Positions 34,910 through 44,887 of a stretch of 64,000 nt of DNA are shown here, piece after piece. The stretch is from NCBI GenBank assembly GCA_902385655.1, contig CABMGO010000005.1, forward strand, positions 248,693 through 312,692. Reading direction: 5' to 3'. Position 1 is the first letter of the stretch, and the number at the start of each line of letters is the position of its first letter. Made by a program: the position numbers and the translations under genes. The notes below the pieces were generated by a model that saw only the letters and a list, made by a program, of their open reading frames with translations, made no database searches and was not told the origin of the DNA. This stretch comes from an uncultured archaeon (lineage in GTDB: Archaea; Nanobdellota; Nanobdellia; Pacearchaeales; GW2011-AR1).

Positions 34910-35395
34910 ATGACAAATAAAATAACTAAAACAATAAAGAATCTAGTATTAGCTGGAGCGGGAATCTGGCTTGCTAATGGTTTATTTTGGGTATCTACTA
35001 GCGAAACTTTTAATCCGAGAGTTAGAGAATTTAGAAATTCCTCGACCTACTCAAATTATACTTCTGCATGTAATCAAAGATTTACATTAAAAGAAAGATA
35101 CATGGGACTAAAGGAACTTGAGGGAAAATTAGGTCGTTCTAATAAGGAGTATATTACTTATTTTGACGAATTTAAGGCAGAGCATGTACTTGAGAATGAA
35201 GACAGTTTAAGAACAAACTTGCTTACTAATGCTATCAGTTTAAAAGAGTCTTATAGTAATCAGATTTTAAATCTAAATAAAGAAATATCTAATCTAGAAA
35301 CTAATCCTGCTATGTTAGAATACAGGGCTTTAATTGATAAGGTCCAAAGAAGAGCAAGCAATCCTTTTTGGTTTTTATCTGGAGAGAAAAAATGA
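34910..35395 (+). CDS. hypothetical membrane-anchored protein
   Basis: ORF track. Confidence 0.5.
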   Translation: MTNKITKTIKNLVLAGAGIWLANGLFWVSTSETFNPRVREFRNSSTYSNYTSACNQRFTLKERYMGLKELEGKLGRSNKEYITYFDEFKAEHVLENEDSLRTNLLTNAISLKESYSNQILNLNKEISNLETNPAMLEYRALIDKVQRRASNPFWFLSGEKK

Positions 35396-36114
35396 CAAAT
35401 AAAATATTTCAAGATAAGATAGATGAGATGTTCGGAGAAACATTAATCGTTCACTATAAGAATACTAGAATAGAATTTGCTCGGAAAGTTGTCGGAAGAG
35501 AAGGATATGATGTTTGTATGCGTGTTTTAGACTCGAACGATTTACAACGACCAACAACTAAACAAATTCTTCTCTTACTTCAGCACCTTTATAGAAATAA
35601 AAAAGAAAAGTTTTATTCTGATTTTTTAAATGAACTTCAAGGAGAGACCATATTTTGTGGAACAGAAAATCTCTACTGTTCTGAGGGAGTTATAGTTTTT
35701 GACAATGTAGATGGGAAGATGCCTAATACAAAAAAAGAATTACTCCGACGAATGAGAGAAGGTGATAAAGCAATTAGAATGATAAATTGGGGATTTAAAA
35801 CTTCATCCAGCGGTCTTGAAAATGTTTTAAAAAATCCTTATGTTCTGGCTCAAGTTGGATCAGAAGATATGCTGGAAGTTTTGCACGAACTATATTTACA
35901 ACAACCAAAGGCAATGTTTGGACTTTTGAGTAGAAATCCGCTTCATGTACGTACCTTAGAACGACCAATAGGGGAGGGTAGGCTATATGAACCGCGAACA
36001 GAAACAAGTCTGGACTTTGGTGCAAATGCTAACTTTCTCAATATATACTCTTGCGGTGGATGTTGCCCACGAGGGGGCAATGTTCCTATAATAAAATCTA
36101 TCTCGAATTCTTAA
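35392..36114 (+). CDS. hypothetical protein of the element, Cys-rich tail YSCGGCCPRGGN
   Basis: ORF track, start at internal MTNKIFQ. Confidence 0.5.
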   Translation: MTNKIFQDKIDEMFGETLIVHYKNTRIEFARKVVGREGYDVCMRVLDSNDLQRPTTKQILLLLQHLYRNKKEKFYSDFLNELQGETIFCGTENLYCSEGVIVFDNVDGKMPNTKKELLRRMREGDKAIRMINWGFKTSSSGLENVLKNPYVLAQVGSEDMLEVLHELYLQQPKAMFGLLSRNPLHVRTLERPIGEGRLYEPRTETSLDFGANANFLNIYSCGGCCPRGGNVPIIKSISNS

Positions 36115-36115
36115 A

Positions 36116-36583
36116 ATGAAAACTTGGAAGAAAGCTTTAATCGGTGGAACTATTTCTTTAATTGGCTTGGTGGGAGCTGAAGAGTGTATTCGTCAAGACA
36201 GAATAGATTATAACCGAAGACTTGAGGCTCCAGAGTATCAAAGTTATTTTGAGCATGTAGAAAAAGCATCCAGACAATTAGAACAAAAAACAAAAGAGCT
36301 AGATACTATGGCCTGGAAAGAAATAACTGAAAAATTAACAGGAAACGAACAATTTGAAGGAGTAAGTAGTTCCCCCATCTTACAAAGATGTAGATTAAAA
36401 GTTAAGCAGCAATATTCTAGGGAAACCTACTCTCAATTAAACAAACAATTCAATGAGATAAAACCATTATATGAAAGACCCTGGCTCTGTAAAACAGGCA
36501 CTCGCCTTCCGATTAGCCTATTGGTTTCCCCTTTCTTAATTATCGGAGGTTTAGGGTATCTTTTATATGCTCTAAAAAAATAA
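36116..36583 (+). CDS. hypothetical membrane protein
   Basis: ORF track. Confidence 0.5.
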   Translation: MKTWKKALIGGTISLIGLVGAEECIRQDRIDYNRRLEAPEYQSYFEHVEKASRQLEQKTKELDTMAWKEITEKLTGNEQFEGVSSSPILQRCRLKVKQQYSRETYSQLNKQFNEIKPLYERPWLCKTGTRLPISLLVSPFLIIGGLGYLLYALKK

Positions 36584-36584
36584 A

Positions 36585-36728
36585 ATGAATAAATCCTTCA
36601 CCATCACTAAGAAAATAGCAAAGCACGGCAATCAAGCAGTAATTATTATTCCAACACTCTTGCAAGAACACCTCAAGCCAGGAACACTCGCAGAAATAAA
36701 AATTGAAATAATCCTAGACAAGATATAG
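36585..36728 (+). CDS. AbrB/SpoVT-like small DNA-binding (antitoxin-like) protein MNKSFTITKKIAKHGNQAVIIIPTLLQEHLKPGTLAEIKIEIILDKI
   Basis: Translated by eye. Confidence 0.45.
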   Translation: MNKSFTITKKIAKHGNQAVIIIPTLLQEHLKPGTLAEIKIEIILDKI

Positions 36729-36831
36729 CCCCTCACAAGAGAAGAATTCAGAGCATATTTTTCGAGAACGATCCGATAAATTCATATTATATGAAATAGC
36801 TCGAACATGCTAAAAAGTAGCATGTTTAATT

Positions 36832-37671
36832 TTAACTAGATTTCAATAATTTTTCAAGCTTTTTTGCAAAATCTTTTCTAGTAGCAGTCAAACCAAATTT
36901 TTTATATTTGGGATAGAGTTCTTTGTTTGAGACTAAAAATATCCATTTTTCAGGATATTTTCTATTCAGGTATCCTACTTTCTCTTTCATCTGCTCTGTT
37001 TTTCTTAGTAATGAGCCAGTTTCTACTTCAATTGCAAACATTTTCTTTTCATATTCAAAAATTATGTCTGCATCTACAGAGAGTTTTTCATCTATACGAG
37101 AAATTTTTCTATTTTTACTAAGTAATTTATTAACACTCCAAACTAAAAAAGCATGATGAACCGAATGATTTGTTGGTGGTTTAATTAAAATATTAATTCT
37201 TTTTTGTTCAAAAACACAAAACTCATTTTCTAAAGTATACTCTTCACTTTTTAGTGCTTCTATTTCTCGATTACTTAGTCCATCTTTTTTGTAAACATAG
37301 TTATCATATATCTCTAGTCTATTTAGAATTTCTTGTTTATCATCATCTAGCTTTTCTATCTTCTCTTTTTCTTCTTGTTCTTTTTCCGCAATAGATCTTT
37401 TTAATTCTTCTTCTCTTTGCTTAAATTCACTTAATTTTTCCTCTCTTTTTGCTTCAACAGTTCTTTCCTCAACCTGTTCAATTTTTTCTATTATTTCAGG
37501 ATATTCTTCTTCATCAAAATTTTGTAAATTTAAAAGCAATTCCTTAGATCTTTCTGAACCCAGATAGTCAATATCTGTTTTAATAAGTTTTTTTACATAT
37601 TCTTCTTCATCGGCTTTTTCTTCGGCCTCTAATCTACGAGTTTCTAAAATCTTTCTAATTTTTAGAATCAA
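36832..37671 (-). CDS. coiled-coil protein with PD-(D/E)XK-like nuclease domain
   Basis: SVDADIIFEYEKKMFAIEVETGS. Confidence 0.5.
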   Translation of the reverse strand: MILKIRKILETRRLEAEEKADEEEYVKKLIKTDIDYLGSERSKELLLNLQNFDEEEYPEIIEKIEQVEERTVEAKREEKLSEFKQREEELKRSIAEKEQEEKEKIEKLDDDKQEILNRLEIYDNYVYKKDGLSNREIEALKSEEYTLENEFCVFEQKRINILIKPPTNHSVHHAFLVWSVNKLLSKNRKISRIDEKLSVDADIIFEYEKKMFAIEVETGSLLRKTEQMKEKVGYLNRKYPEKWIFLVSNKELYPKYKKFGLTATRKDFAKKLEKLLKSS

Positions 37672-37844
37672 GATAGCTAAGAAAATAGTATAAATAATAA
37701 ATGCTAAAAATACATAAATTAAAATCGCGGTAGAAGAAGTGAAGACTGGAATTATTGAAATAATATCTAATTTAAGTTTATTAAAACCCCCAGCTAACCA
37801 AAGGTATATTGCGTTTGCAATAAATATACCACCTATTGCTATAA

Positions 37845-39029
37845 TTAATGATTCAAAAGCGTCGACTTTGCACCTCCCATTTTACTTAGCATTTCTTTAA
37901 TTCCAGGCATATTCAATAATTCAGTTAGTAGAGGATCAAGACTTCTTCTTTGATTAAGTTCATTTTCCATTTCTTGTTGCCGTTCGGAAACTAATTTATT
38001 CATTAAAAGTTGTTTTTCTAAAACTGCTTTCATTTCTTCAATACTTGTTGAAGAAAATTGTTTGTCAAGTTCTTTATCTTGCATACCTGCTCTTGAAATA
38101 TAAACATCAGGCATATTTGAAGAAAATCTCCAGCCATACCTATAACAAATTTGTTGCCTGTTTAATTTAGAAGCATAATAAGTTGCAGAAGAATGTCTAA
38201 ACAAATGAGCATGAATGGACTTATTCAATACCTTCATGCCTAGTCTATTTAGAAATTTACCAGTACATTCATAACTCGTAGTATAAACCGGCTCATTTGA
38301 CTTTATTCCTTCTCTTATCCTTTGTTCTAAATAATCTTTAACAGCATCAAGCGAGTGTTTCCAATATAAAGCAATAGTCCTACCTTGAGTTTTACTATAT
38401 TCTTCTTTTAAGGTTAATTTAACATAATTATCATTTCCACTAGGTAAAATAATATCTTCAAACCTAATGTTTACAAACTCTCCTGCCCTTGCACCAGAAT
38501 CAAACAGGACAACCACCAGAAAGCGTTCTTTAGCCGACTTACAACTTCTGTATAACTTCTCAATTTCTTGTTCAGAAAGGTAACTTGGCGTTTTCTTTAC
38601 GTCCCGAGTATCAAGCCAATCTACTAATTTTAAGGATTTAGCCTTGCCTAAACGCCATCTCAAGTAAACCTTAAGTAACCTCTTCAAATCAACCTGTGTA
38701 CTAGTCATATATTTTGTACCCTTGTAAGTTTTAAGAGTCCCTAGAGAAATTGACCTTTCAAAGTTTTCAATATCCTTAATAGTTAAATCCTTACAATTCT
38801 TCTTAAAAAATCCTAAACAAATATTCAAACATTGAATATATTTAGAAATCCTACCATGGCAAATTTTCTTCCCTTTATTTACTCTACCTAGTTCTAGTTC
38901 ATCCAAGAATTGTAAAACCTTTTCTTTTTCTTCTTTACAAAGGTCCCATTCACCAACAGACTTTTTTCTTTTTTCAATATCAACTTTATGTAAAAGTATT
39001 CTTTCCACCATAGTGGAATCTGGATACAC
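37845..39029 (-). CDS. tyrosine recombinase/integrase
   Basis: FDSGARAGEFVNIR…HAHLFRHSSATYYA…GWRFSSNMPDVYI: R…HxxR…Y. Confidence 0.85.
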   Translation of the reverse strand: MYPDSTMVERILLHKVDIEKRKKSVGEWDLCKEEKEKVLQFLDELELGRVNKGKKICHGRISKYIQCLNICLGFFKKNCKDLTIKDIENFERSISLGTLKTYKGTKYMTSTQVDLKRLLKVYLRWRLGKAKSLKLVDWLDTRDVKKTPSYLSEQEIEKLYRSCKSAKERFLVVVLFDSGARAGEFVNIRFEDIILPSGNDNYVKLTLKEEYSKTQGRTIALYWKHSLDAVKDYLEQRIREGIKSNEPVYTTSYECTGKFLNRLGMKVLNKSIHAHLFRHSSATYYASKLNRQQICYRYGWRFSSNMPDVYISRAGMQDKELDKQFSSTSIEEMKAVLEKQLLMNKLVSERQQEMENELNQRRSLDPLLTELLNMPGIKEMLSKMGGAKSTLLNH

Positions 39030-39120
39030 CGCACCTATTTAATTACCTCTACAAATTGAAGTAGATATCACCAAATAGGGGTCTTTTTAAAGCTAAAATT
39101 GAAGTTTTATCGTCTAGAAA

Positions 39121-39915
39121 TTACTTATCTGATAAAAAACTCTTTAAAGATTCAGAAAGAGAAAAAGCGGTGAAAAAAGCTACACCTAAAACAATCAAAA
39201 CTTGTTGAAAAATTGGGTTTTGAGGACCCGTAACATAGTAATATCCCCCAATAAGAAGTAAAAAAGATAAGCTTATAAAAAAAGAATAATGAGTTTTCCA
39301 AATAGTGCCTACTAAAATTTTACTTATTTTTGGTCGAACGATTAAACGCATAAAATTATCAATTAATAGAAAAAGAGAAATCATAGAAATAATGGAAATC
39401 TGAATTATAAAAACATAATCAAAGAGACTTAAATTAGTAAAATTAAATAACATTATAGATTTAATAGCTAGAATTACAACTATTGAAGCCACCCCCAAGA
39501 TTAGTAAATTAGCAACACGATACAAGATTTCAATAAACAATTTTGGAAAGTTATTCCCCATTTTTCTATAAAAATAAAAGTAACCTAAAAACATTAAAAA
39601 AACTACTGAATAGAATACGAATAAAAACAAAGTTGGATTTTTAGGTAAATAGCTAATAAATATAGCCATAATTCCTGAAACGATTCCAAAAAATGAAGAA
39701 AAGCTACGGTCCTTTGTAAATATTAAATCAACTAACCCTACAACAATCAAAAAAGACCCCCCAAGAATCAATTTAAGATTAGCATTTTGACTCTTTAGGA
39801 AGTAGGTTAACAAAACCAAAGCCAATAGCGAAATGATTATTTGATAACCTATTTTTATTCTCTTTTTAGTAGCTTCTTCCATAGAAAAAATACTGTATCT
39901 AAAGTTTATATACAT
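39121..39915 (-). CDS. polytopic membrane protein
   Basis: ORF track, start likely internal MEEATKK. Confidence 0.5.
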   Translation of the reverse strand: MYINFRYSIFSMEEATKKRIKIGYQIIISLLALVLLTYFLKSQNANLKLILGGSFLIVVGLVDLIFTKDRSFSSFFGIVSGIMAIFISYLPKNPTLFLFVFYSVVFLMFLGYFYFYRKMGNNFPKLFIEILYRVANLLILGVASIVVILAIKSIMLFNFTNLSLFDYVFIIQISIISMISLFLLIDNFMRLIVRPKISKILVGTIWKTHYSFFISLSFLLLIGGYYYVTGPQNPIFQQVLIVLGVAFFTAFSLSESLKSFLSDK

Positions 39916-39946
39916 TAGTACCCACCTCGAGAAGAACTCATCTCGA

Positions 39947-39962
39947 TTCTCTGCAGGCTTTT
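39947..39962 (+). repeat. third partial tRNA-Thr 3' end copy (ttctctgcaggctttt)
   Basis: Direct comparison with 34000-34014. Confidence 0.55.
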
Positions 39963-40023
39963 AAAACTATTTGAGCAAAGCGAAAATAGTTAAAAATTTC
40001 TAGGGAGCCTAATGCTTGTGTTT

Positions 40024-40119
40024 TCGGGGGACAAAAAATTCGCTTCGAAAAACAAAAATTAAATTAAAGTATATTTATTTGAGGTGCAAATTTTTTGGGA
40101 GACTCCCTCTGCAGGCTTC
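40024..40119. repeat. R5 copy inside split tRNA-Thr fragment (tcggggg|hairpin|actccctctgcaggcttc)
   Basis: ACAAAAAATTCGCTTCGAA…GAGGTGCAAATTTTTTGGGAG. Confidence 0.85.
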
Positions 40120-40181
40120 AGAAACTTTCGTATAAAGCCCATAAAAGACATATTTATAATCAAGCTCCTACTATAAAGTAT

Positions 40182-40385
40182 ATGAAAACATGGCGTTCAT
40201 CTTGGGGATATAAATTCGGAGTAGGTTTTTGGACAGGCGCAGGAGTCTATAGTTTAGTTAATTTATTCTTAAATTATAGACAAATTGTTCAAAACAAAAT
40301 TTTAAATTATGATTTTATAATATTCTTAGTAGCACTTTTTGGACTAGTATTGAATTTAATTTTATTAACTAGAAATAAGAACTAA
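40182..40385 (+). CDS. small membrane protein
   Basis: Internal M of ORF 40095..40385. Confidence 0.45.
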   Translation: MKTWRSSWGYKFGVGFWTGAGVYSLVNLFLNYRQIVQNKILNYDFIIFLVALFGLVLNLILLTRNKN

Positions 40386-40386
40386 A

Positions 40387-40564
40387 TCACACCACGCTAT
40401 ATGGATCTTCGTCTGGATTAACAATAGAATAGCTTTCCTCGCAATTCCCAAACAACACATGCACGGGAACCATCAGGACTAATTATTTGCCTATCTTCAA
40501 TAAGAATTTCTTCAGAGTCTCCGAGATCAATTTCACTATCAAACAAATCTCCAATTTTTCTCAT
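40387..40564 (-). pseudogene. small acidic protein ORF with apparent +1 frameshift (MRKIGDLFDSEIDLGDSEEILIEDRQIISPDGSRACV / FGNCEESYSIVNPDEDPYSVV)
   Basis: Two open frames join after removal of one nt near the Cys-Val codons. Confidence 0.35.
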
Positions 40565-40611
40565 TAAAAAATAAGTAGAAATTATTTTATAAATTTATAG
40601 ATAAAATAACG

Positions 40612-41442
40612 TTATAATTCATCGCTAGTACTTCTTTCATATTCTGCTTCACCAGATTCTTCACGTGCTCTTGCCCTTGCCATAGATTGAGTAGAGGATG
40701 CTTCCTTGCTCACAGTTTCAACAACTTTCTCAAGTCTTTGTGTAGCTTTTTCCTGCCTTTTGTTTCTTTCTTCTTGCTCTTTCTCTTTTTTATTCTTAAT
40801 TTGCTTTAGTTTGATAGCTCTAGAAATAATCTTAATTTGCTTGGAAAGTTTTCCTAAGAATATTAATCCAACAACAAGAACAGCTAAAGCTATAAGCTGA
40901 ACATACCACTCACTAAATAAACTAAATATTGAAACCACTTTATCTGAAATCCATTTAGAAATAGTTTGAAAAACTCCAAGAAGAGTAAGAGCTAAGTAAA
41001 AGAAAAATAAAAGAATAACTATTATAGTGTCATTAAACACAGTAAAATCTTTCAAAATTTCAAATAACGTTGAATAATATTTAATCAACGTAAACCATAC
41101 AACAAATAAAAGTAAAAAATACCATGATAAAGTCGGAGCCATACCTAAAATAAAACTAATAATAGGATCAGTATAGGGAGAAACAGCCCTATATCCTCGA
41201 ATAACATTTCCAATTATCGGTTTAGATTCAAGAATTTGCCCCCATGCTTGTTTTAAGTAAGCCTTACTTAACTCATCTCTAGCAACAACAGGATTAGAAA
41301 TAATTTTACCCGCAGTATCTACCGTTCCTTCGACTTGTTTAACAGTCGAGTCAAGTTGGTTGGTCAAATCTGCTGCATGAGCTAGAATAACAAAAAAACT
41401 AAAACCAATCAAAAATATCAAAATTAAATTTAATCTCTTCAT
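40612..41442 (-). CDS. exported membrane protein with charged cytoplasmic tail
   Basis: ORF track. Confidence 0.6.
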   Translation of the reverse strand: MKRLNLILIFLIGFSFFVILAHAADLTNQLDSTVKQVEGTVDTAGKIISNPVVARDELSKAYLKQAWGQILESKPIIGNVIRGYRAVSPYTDPIISFILGMAPTLSWYFLLLFVVWFTLIKYYSTLFEILKDFTVFNDTIIVILLFFFYLALTLLGVFQTISKWISDKVVSIFSLFSEWYVQLIALAVLVVGLIFLGKLSKQIKIISRAIKLKQIKNKKEKEQEERNKRQEKATQRLEKVVETVSKEASSTQSMARARAREESGEAEYERSTSDEL

Positions 41443-41482
41443 GAAAAAATAATGTAAAGCCAGTTTATAAAATTAAAGGAGA

Positions 41483-42316
41483 TTAAGAATATTTATGCAA
41501 ACTCTTTATTCTAGCTTCATAATCTTTCATTCTCTCATTAAAATAAGCCTGGTTAATGATTCCATTAGCTAAGTCAGTCCTAAGTTGATGCATTCTTCTT
41601 CTGAACTCGACTTCCGCGTCCTCAATAGTATTTTTACCCATAGCTTTAATTCTTTCAGCTTTCAAATATCTATGAATTGTCCCATCTGCCCATAAGAAAA
41701 GTACTGAAACAACTGCCGTCCATGCATAAACCTTTGAGTAGAATGGATTATCTGCACTGACCCATAAACCGATATAAACACAAGTAAACAAAACCCAACC
41801 GATTTTTCTAACTGTAGCTGAATTCGGAGCAACACCATTCAAAAAGAAAAAGAAGATAACAAATGGCAAAAGTGAAATCAAAGCAACCCCTAAAACTGAA
41901 TAAGTAAGAATCATAGTCATAAGCCATTCATAGTTAATGTATCGAACCGATAAAATAGAGACAACTAGAGAAACTACTACTAGAATATTTTTTTGTCCAG
42001 TGAACAAAGGCATATTTTTTAAGACAATAAACACAAATCCTAAAATAAGTAAGAAAAATAAAAACTTTTCAAAAAGAAGTTGAGAGTCATAATAATTTCC
42101 CCCAAGAAGAAATTGAAAAATCGGTTGAACGGTAGAAATACCTCTATCAAGCTGATAGCTGATATCTGAATAAACAAAGTTACCGGTCATTCCCTTAAAA
42201 AGAATATACAGAAGAAATAACAAAAACAAAATTCCAATTAATTTCCAAACAAAATTAATCCCAGAACTGTTCTTGCTCGCTAATTTCTTTTTCCTTACAA
42301 CTCTTTTACTAGACAT
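41483..42316 (-). CDS. polytopic membrane protein
   Basis: ORF track; related in layout to the next gene. Confidence 0.6.
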   Translation of the reverse strand: MSSKRVVRKKKLASKNSSGINFVWKLIGILFLLFLLYILFKGMTGNFVYSDISYQLDRGISTVQPIFQFLLGGNYYDSQLLFEKFLFFLLILGFVFIVLKNMPLFTGQKNILVVVSLVVSILSVRYINYEWLMTMILTYSVLGVALISLLPFVIFFFFLNGVAPNSATVRKIGWVLFTCVYIGLWVSADNPFYSKVYAWTAVVSVLFLWADGTIHRYLKAERIKAMGKNTIEDAEVEFRRRMHQLRTDLANGIINQAYFNERMKDYEARIKSLHKYS

Positions 42317-42360
42317 GTTAAATAAAGATAAAAATAGTTTATAAACATTTAGCTAAAAAA

Positions 42361-43194
42361 CTAAATTACTGATAAATCTCCGTACTGCTTTTCAAGTGCA
42401 GTGAGTTTCTTCTTAGCTTTATCAATATCTGCTTGAGGAGCATTAGGGTCAGCAATTACATTGTTGTAATCTTCAATCTCCTTTCTAAGCTTGTATCTTT
42501 GCTTGACATTCAAATTACCGATCATGTCTGCCATTTGCACCGCTGCCTTTTCCTTATAAAACCAACTTCTAATTGTTCCGTCGAAGAAAAGCATAATTCC
42601 ACTTAAAACTAAGAAAGTAAAATAAACTGCGATGAAACCACCGGTAGACCCCTTAATAATTAAGTAAGTAAGGAAAATCATATAGAATATCCAAAATGCT
42701 TTAGCAATAAAGCTGTACTTTGCCTTCATACTTATGAAAAATAAAGCCAAGAAAGGAATTCCAAACAAAACAGTCGCAACTAATGCGCTAGAGGGAGCAG
42801 TCAATGAACCCCAAACATCCGAAGGCATATACCTGACACCGATTATAGAAACAATCAAACCAATAGCTAAATTCAACCATCGATTACCGCTAGTACCTGA
42901 AAAAATTTCAATAGAATCCATAGTTCCAGTCACAATTATAGTTAAAAGTATAAATGTCAAAATCATTAAGAAATTATCCGCGCCTTCTGATTTCAAATTA
43001 AGAAGAGTACTAAACAAAGGTCCTAAAACAGCTGTGTTAAAACTACCGATTCTATCTGTAGCAGTACCCCAGTCCCAGTTATTTTGATAAGCAACAACGA
43101 AAAAAGAGACAACATAAATCAATGCGATCACACCAACAACAATCCCAGCAACGGCTGTCTGTCCTCTTTTTCTATGCAAAACACCTTTATTCAT
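42361..43194 (-). CDS. polytopic membrane protein with KRGQ-type N-terminus
   Basis: MNKGVLHRKRGQTAVAGIVVGVIALIYVV. Confidence 0.6.
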   Translation of the reverse strand: MNKGVLHRKRGQTAVAGIVVGVIALIYVVSFFVVAYQNNWDWGTATDRIGSFNTAVLGPLFSTLLNLKSEGADNFLMILTFILLTIIVTGTMDSIEIFSGTSGNRWLNLAIGLIVSIIGVRYMPSDVWGSLTAPSSALVATVLFGIPFLALFFISMKAKYSFIAKAFWIFYMIFLTYLIIKGSTGGFIAVYFTFLVLSGIMLFFDGTIRSWFYKEKAAVQMADMIGNLNVKQRYKLRKEIEDYNNVIADPNAPQADIDKAKKKLTALEKQYGDLSVI

Positions 43195-43244
43195 TCTTCA
43201 TTCAAAAAAAGAAAGTTTATAAATATTTCCGTATAAAATTGCAT

Positions 43245-43847
43245 ATGAAGAACAAAAGCTCAATTCTGGTTTTATTAGTTCTCTTAGGATTTCTATTCCA
43301 GATATCTAACTGCTCCGCAGAGAACATTACACAAAACTTCACAAACCCAAATCCGATTATGACTTTTCTAGAACAAACAACGGATAGCCCCTTGCTCAAA
43401 ATAATAGGAATAAATGAAACAGCCAGCTTCAAGGAAATAGCGTTAACTATAATATTAGTCTTAATTTCAATAGCAATCCTCTATGGTTTCGCAGACTTCA
43501 CAGAAATGATTCCCGGAAAGCTCGTTAGCTTACTAATCGCAGTAATAATCGTGTTAGCAGGAAGCTATAAGGGATTCACGTTTAACATAGCAAAACAAAT
43601 AATAGAAGCGCCAAATAATTTGTGGGAGCTGGTAAAAAACCCAATATTCTGGATAGTTGCAGGAATAATTATACTAATACTAGTTTTCTCCCCATGGATA
43701 AAAAAGATCATAAAAAAAGAGAAAGAATCTGCTCAGGATGAAAAGATAGAAAAGAAAAGAAGAAAGGCTGAACTTCTGGAAAATATAAAAGATTACGAAA
43801 CAAATGTTGAATTGAAAAGATATGGCGCAAATCCGGACGACGTTTAA
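43245..43847 (+). CDS. exported/membrane protein
   Basis: MKNKSSILVLLVLLGFLFQISNCSAE. Confidence 0.6.
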   Translation: MKNKSSILVLLVLLGFLFQISNCSAENITQNFTNPNPIMTFLEQTTDSPLLKIIGINETASFKEIALTIILVLISIAILYGFADFTEMIPGKLVSLLIAVIIVLAGSYKGFTFNIAKQIIEAPNNLWELVKNPIFWIVAGIIILILVFSPWIKKIIKKEKESAQDEKIEKKRRKAELLENIKDYETNVELKRYGANPDDV

Positions 43848-43891
43848 ACATCGATACAAAACAAAGAGATAATCTTGGATAGGAATCATGA

Positions 43892-43990
43892 AGAAAATTC
43901 TCGCATTAATTAAAGTGGATAACTATCGAAATTAGGGGCGGGTTTTTCTGTATAGCAGAAAATTTGGGAGAGATTATGTGAGAATTTTCG
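43892..43990. repeat. R3 copy
   Basis: gaaaattctcgcattaattaaagtggataactatcgaaattaggggcggg…. Confidence 0.8.
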
Positions 43991-44065
43991 AACAAGTCGG
44001 AAAATTTTTCGACCAAAACCTTTTGCAACTAACAAAACTTGATTAACTAAACTAGAACTCAAAAA

Positions 44066-44317
44066 TTACTTAACTTTTCTGTAACCAACAATATTCTTGC
44101 CCTCATATATCGGAACTTCTTTTCCTACTGAAGAATTGCCCTTAAGAATAACCAGTAAAATAATCCCAATAACAACTAAACCAATTCCTAAATAATTACT
44201 GTAAGCAGATAAGCTTGTAGGCAAAAGTTTCAACTTAGATAAAACTGACACAATTAGTCCAGCCGCAACAAGAATAAATCCAATCACCTTCACCATAAAA
44301 ATGTAATACGACCTCAC
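44066..44317 (-). CDS. small membrane protein
   Basis: ORF track. Confidence 0.5.
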   Translation of the reverse strand: MRSYYIFMVKVIGFILVAAGLIVSVLSKLKLLPTSLSAYSNYLGIGLVVIGIILLVILKGNSSVGKEVPIYEGKNIVGYRKVK

Positions 44318-44326
44318 TATATAAAT

Positions 44327-44887
44327 CTAATCCTCAATTACTTCAACCTTTTTATCCTGAGCTAAAATTTGTACAATATCTCTGTCTAAATTTGCAATCT
44401 CTCCTTTTTGGAATGGACCAATACTTTCCCCGTCTAGATCTAAAAATTGTTCAACCTTATCGGTAAATTTAACCAATTGATATTTACTTTCTTCAACAAC
44501 GCCTCCTTGCATTTCACCAGAAAGATTTCCATCCGCCTTTTCCAAACTCTTAACAATATCTTCAAATAATTCTTTTTCAAAGTCTAGAAGATTCTCAAAA
44601 TCCTTCTTTGAAATTCCAGTCTCGGAAGCAACAAACGCCAAATTCAAAATTTTCTTTCTTCTCCTTAATAACAATTCCTTAAATATAGCCATAGAGTTCT
44701 CAAGTTTCTTCTTATTTTTCAAAGCCATATCTGAGAAAAGCCCATTCGAGTCTCCCTTCTCAGAAAAATTCTTTTTATCCTCTAAATACTCACTAACCTC
44801 ATGAAGAAAACTTTTACTCAACAACTGTAAATCATCACTATACCTCTCCTTTCTCAAAGACTCATACAAATCATTATAGGTAATCAT
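44327..44887 (-). CDS. archaeal GINS subunit (Gins51-like)
   Basis: YNDLYESLRKERYSDDLQLLSKSFLHEVSEYL…DGESIGPFQKGEIANLDRDIVQILAQDKKVEVIE. Confidence 0.7.
   Translation of the reverse strand: MITYNDLYESLRKERYSDDLQLLSKSFLHEVSEYLEDKKNFSEKGDSNGLFSDMALKNKKKLENSMAIFKELLLRRRKKILNLAFVASETGISKKDFENLLDFEKELFEDIVKSLEKADGNLSGEMQGGVVEESKYQLVKFTDKVEQFLDLDGESIGPFQKGEIANLDRDIVQILAQDKKVEVIED

Larger units (their letters stand above)
33995..40145. mobile_element. integrated element in tRNA-Thr 3' end, flanked by ~40-bp direct repeats (33995-34040 and 40101-40141), encodes tyrosine recombinase
   Basis: gactccctctgcaggcttc-cgatacttttatacgaagccc vs gactccctctgcaggcttc-agaaactttcgtataaagccc. Confidence 0.85.

Noticed and set aside
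36055-36080. Hairpin TTGCCCacgagGGGGCAA as an R1 copy
   Set aside because: Only one stem, no flanking R1 consensus; likely incidental within the coding sequence.
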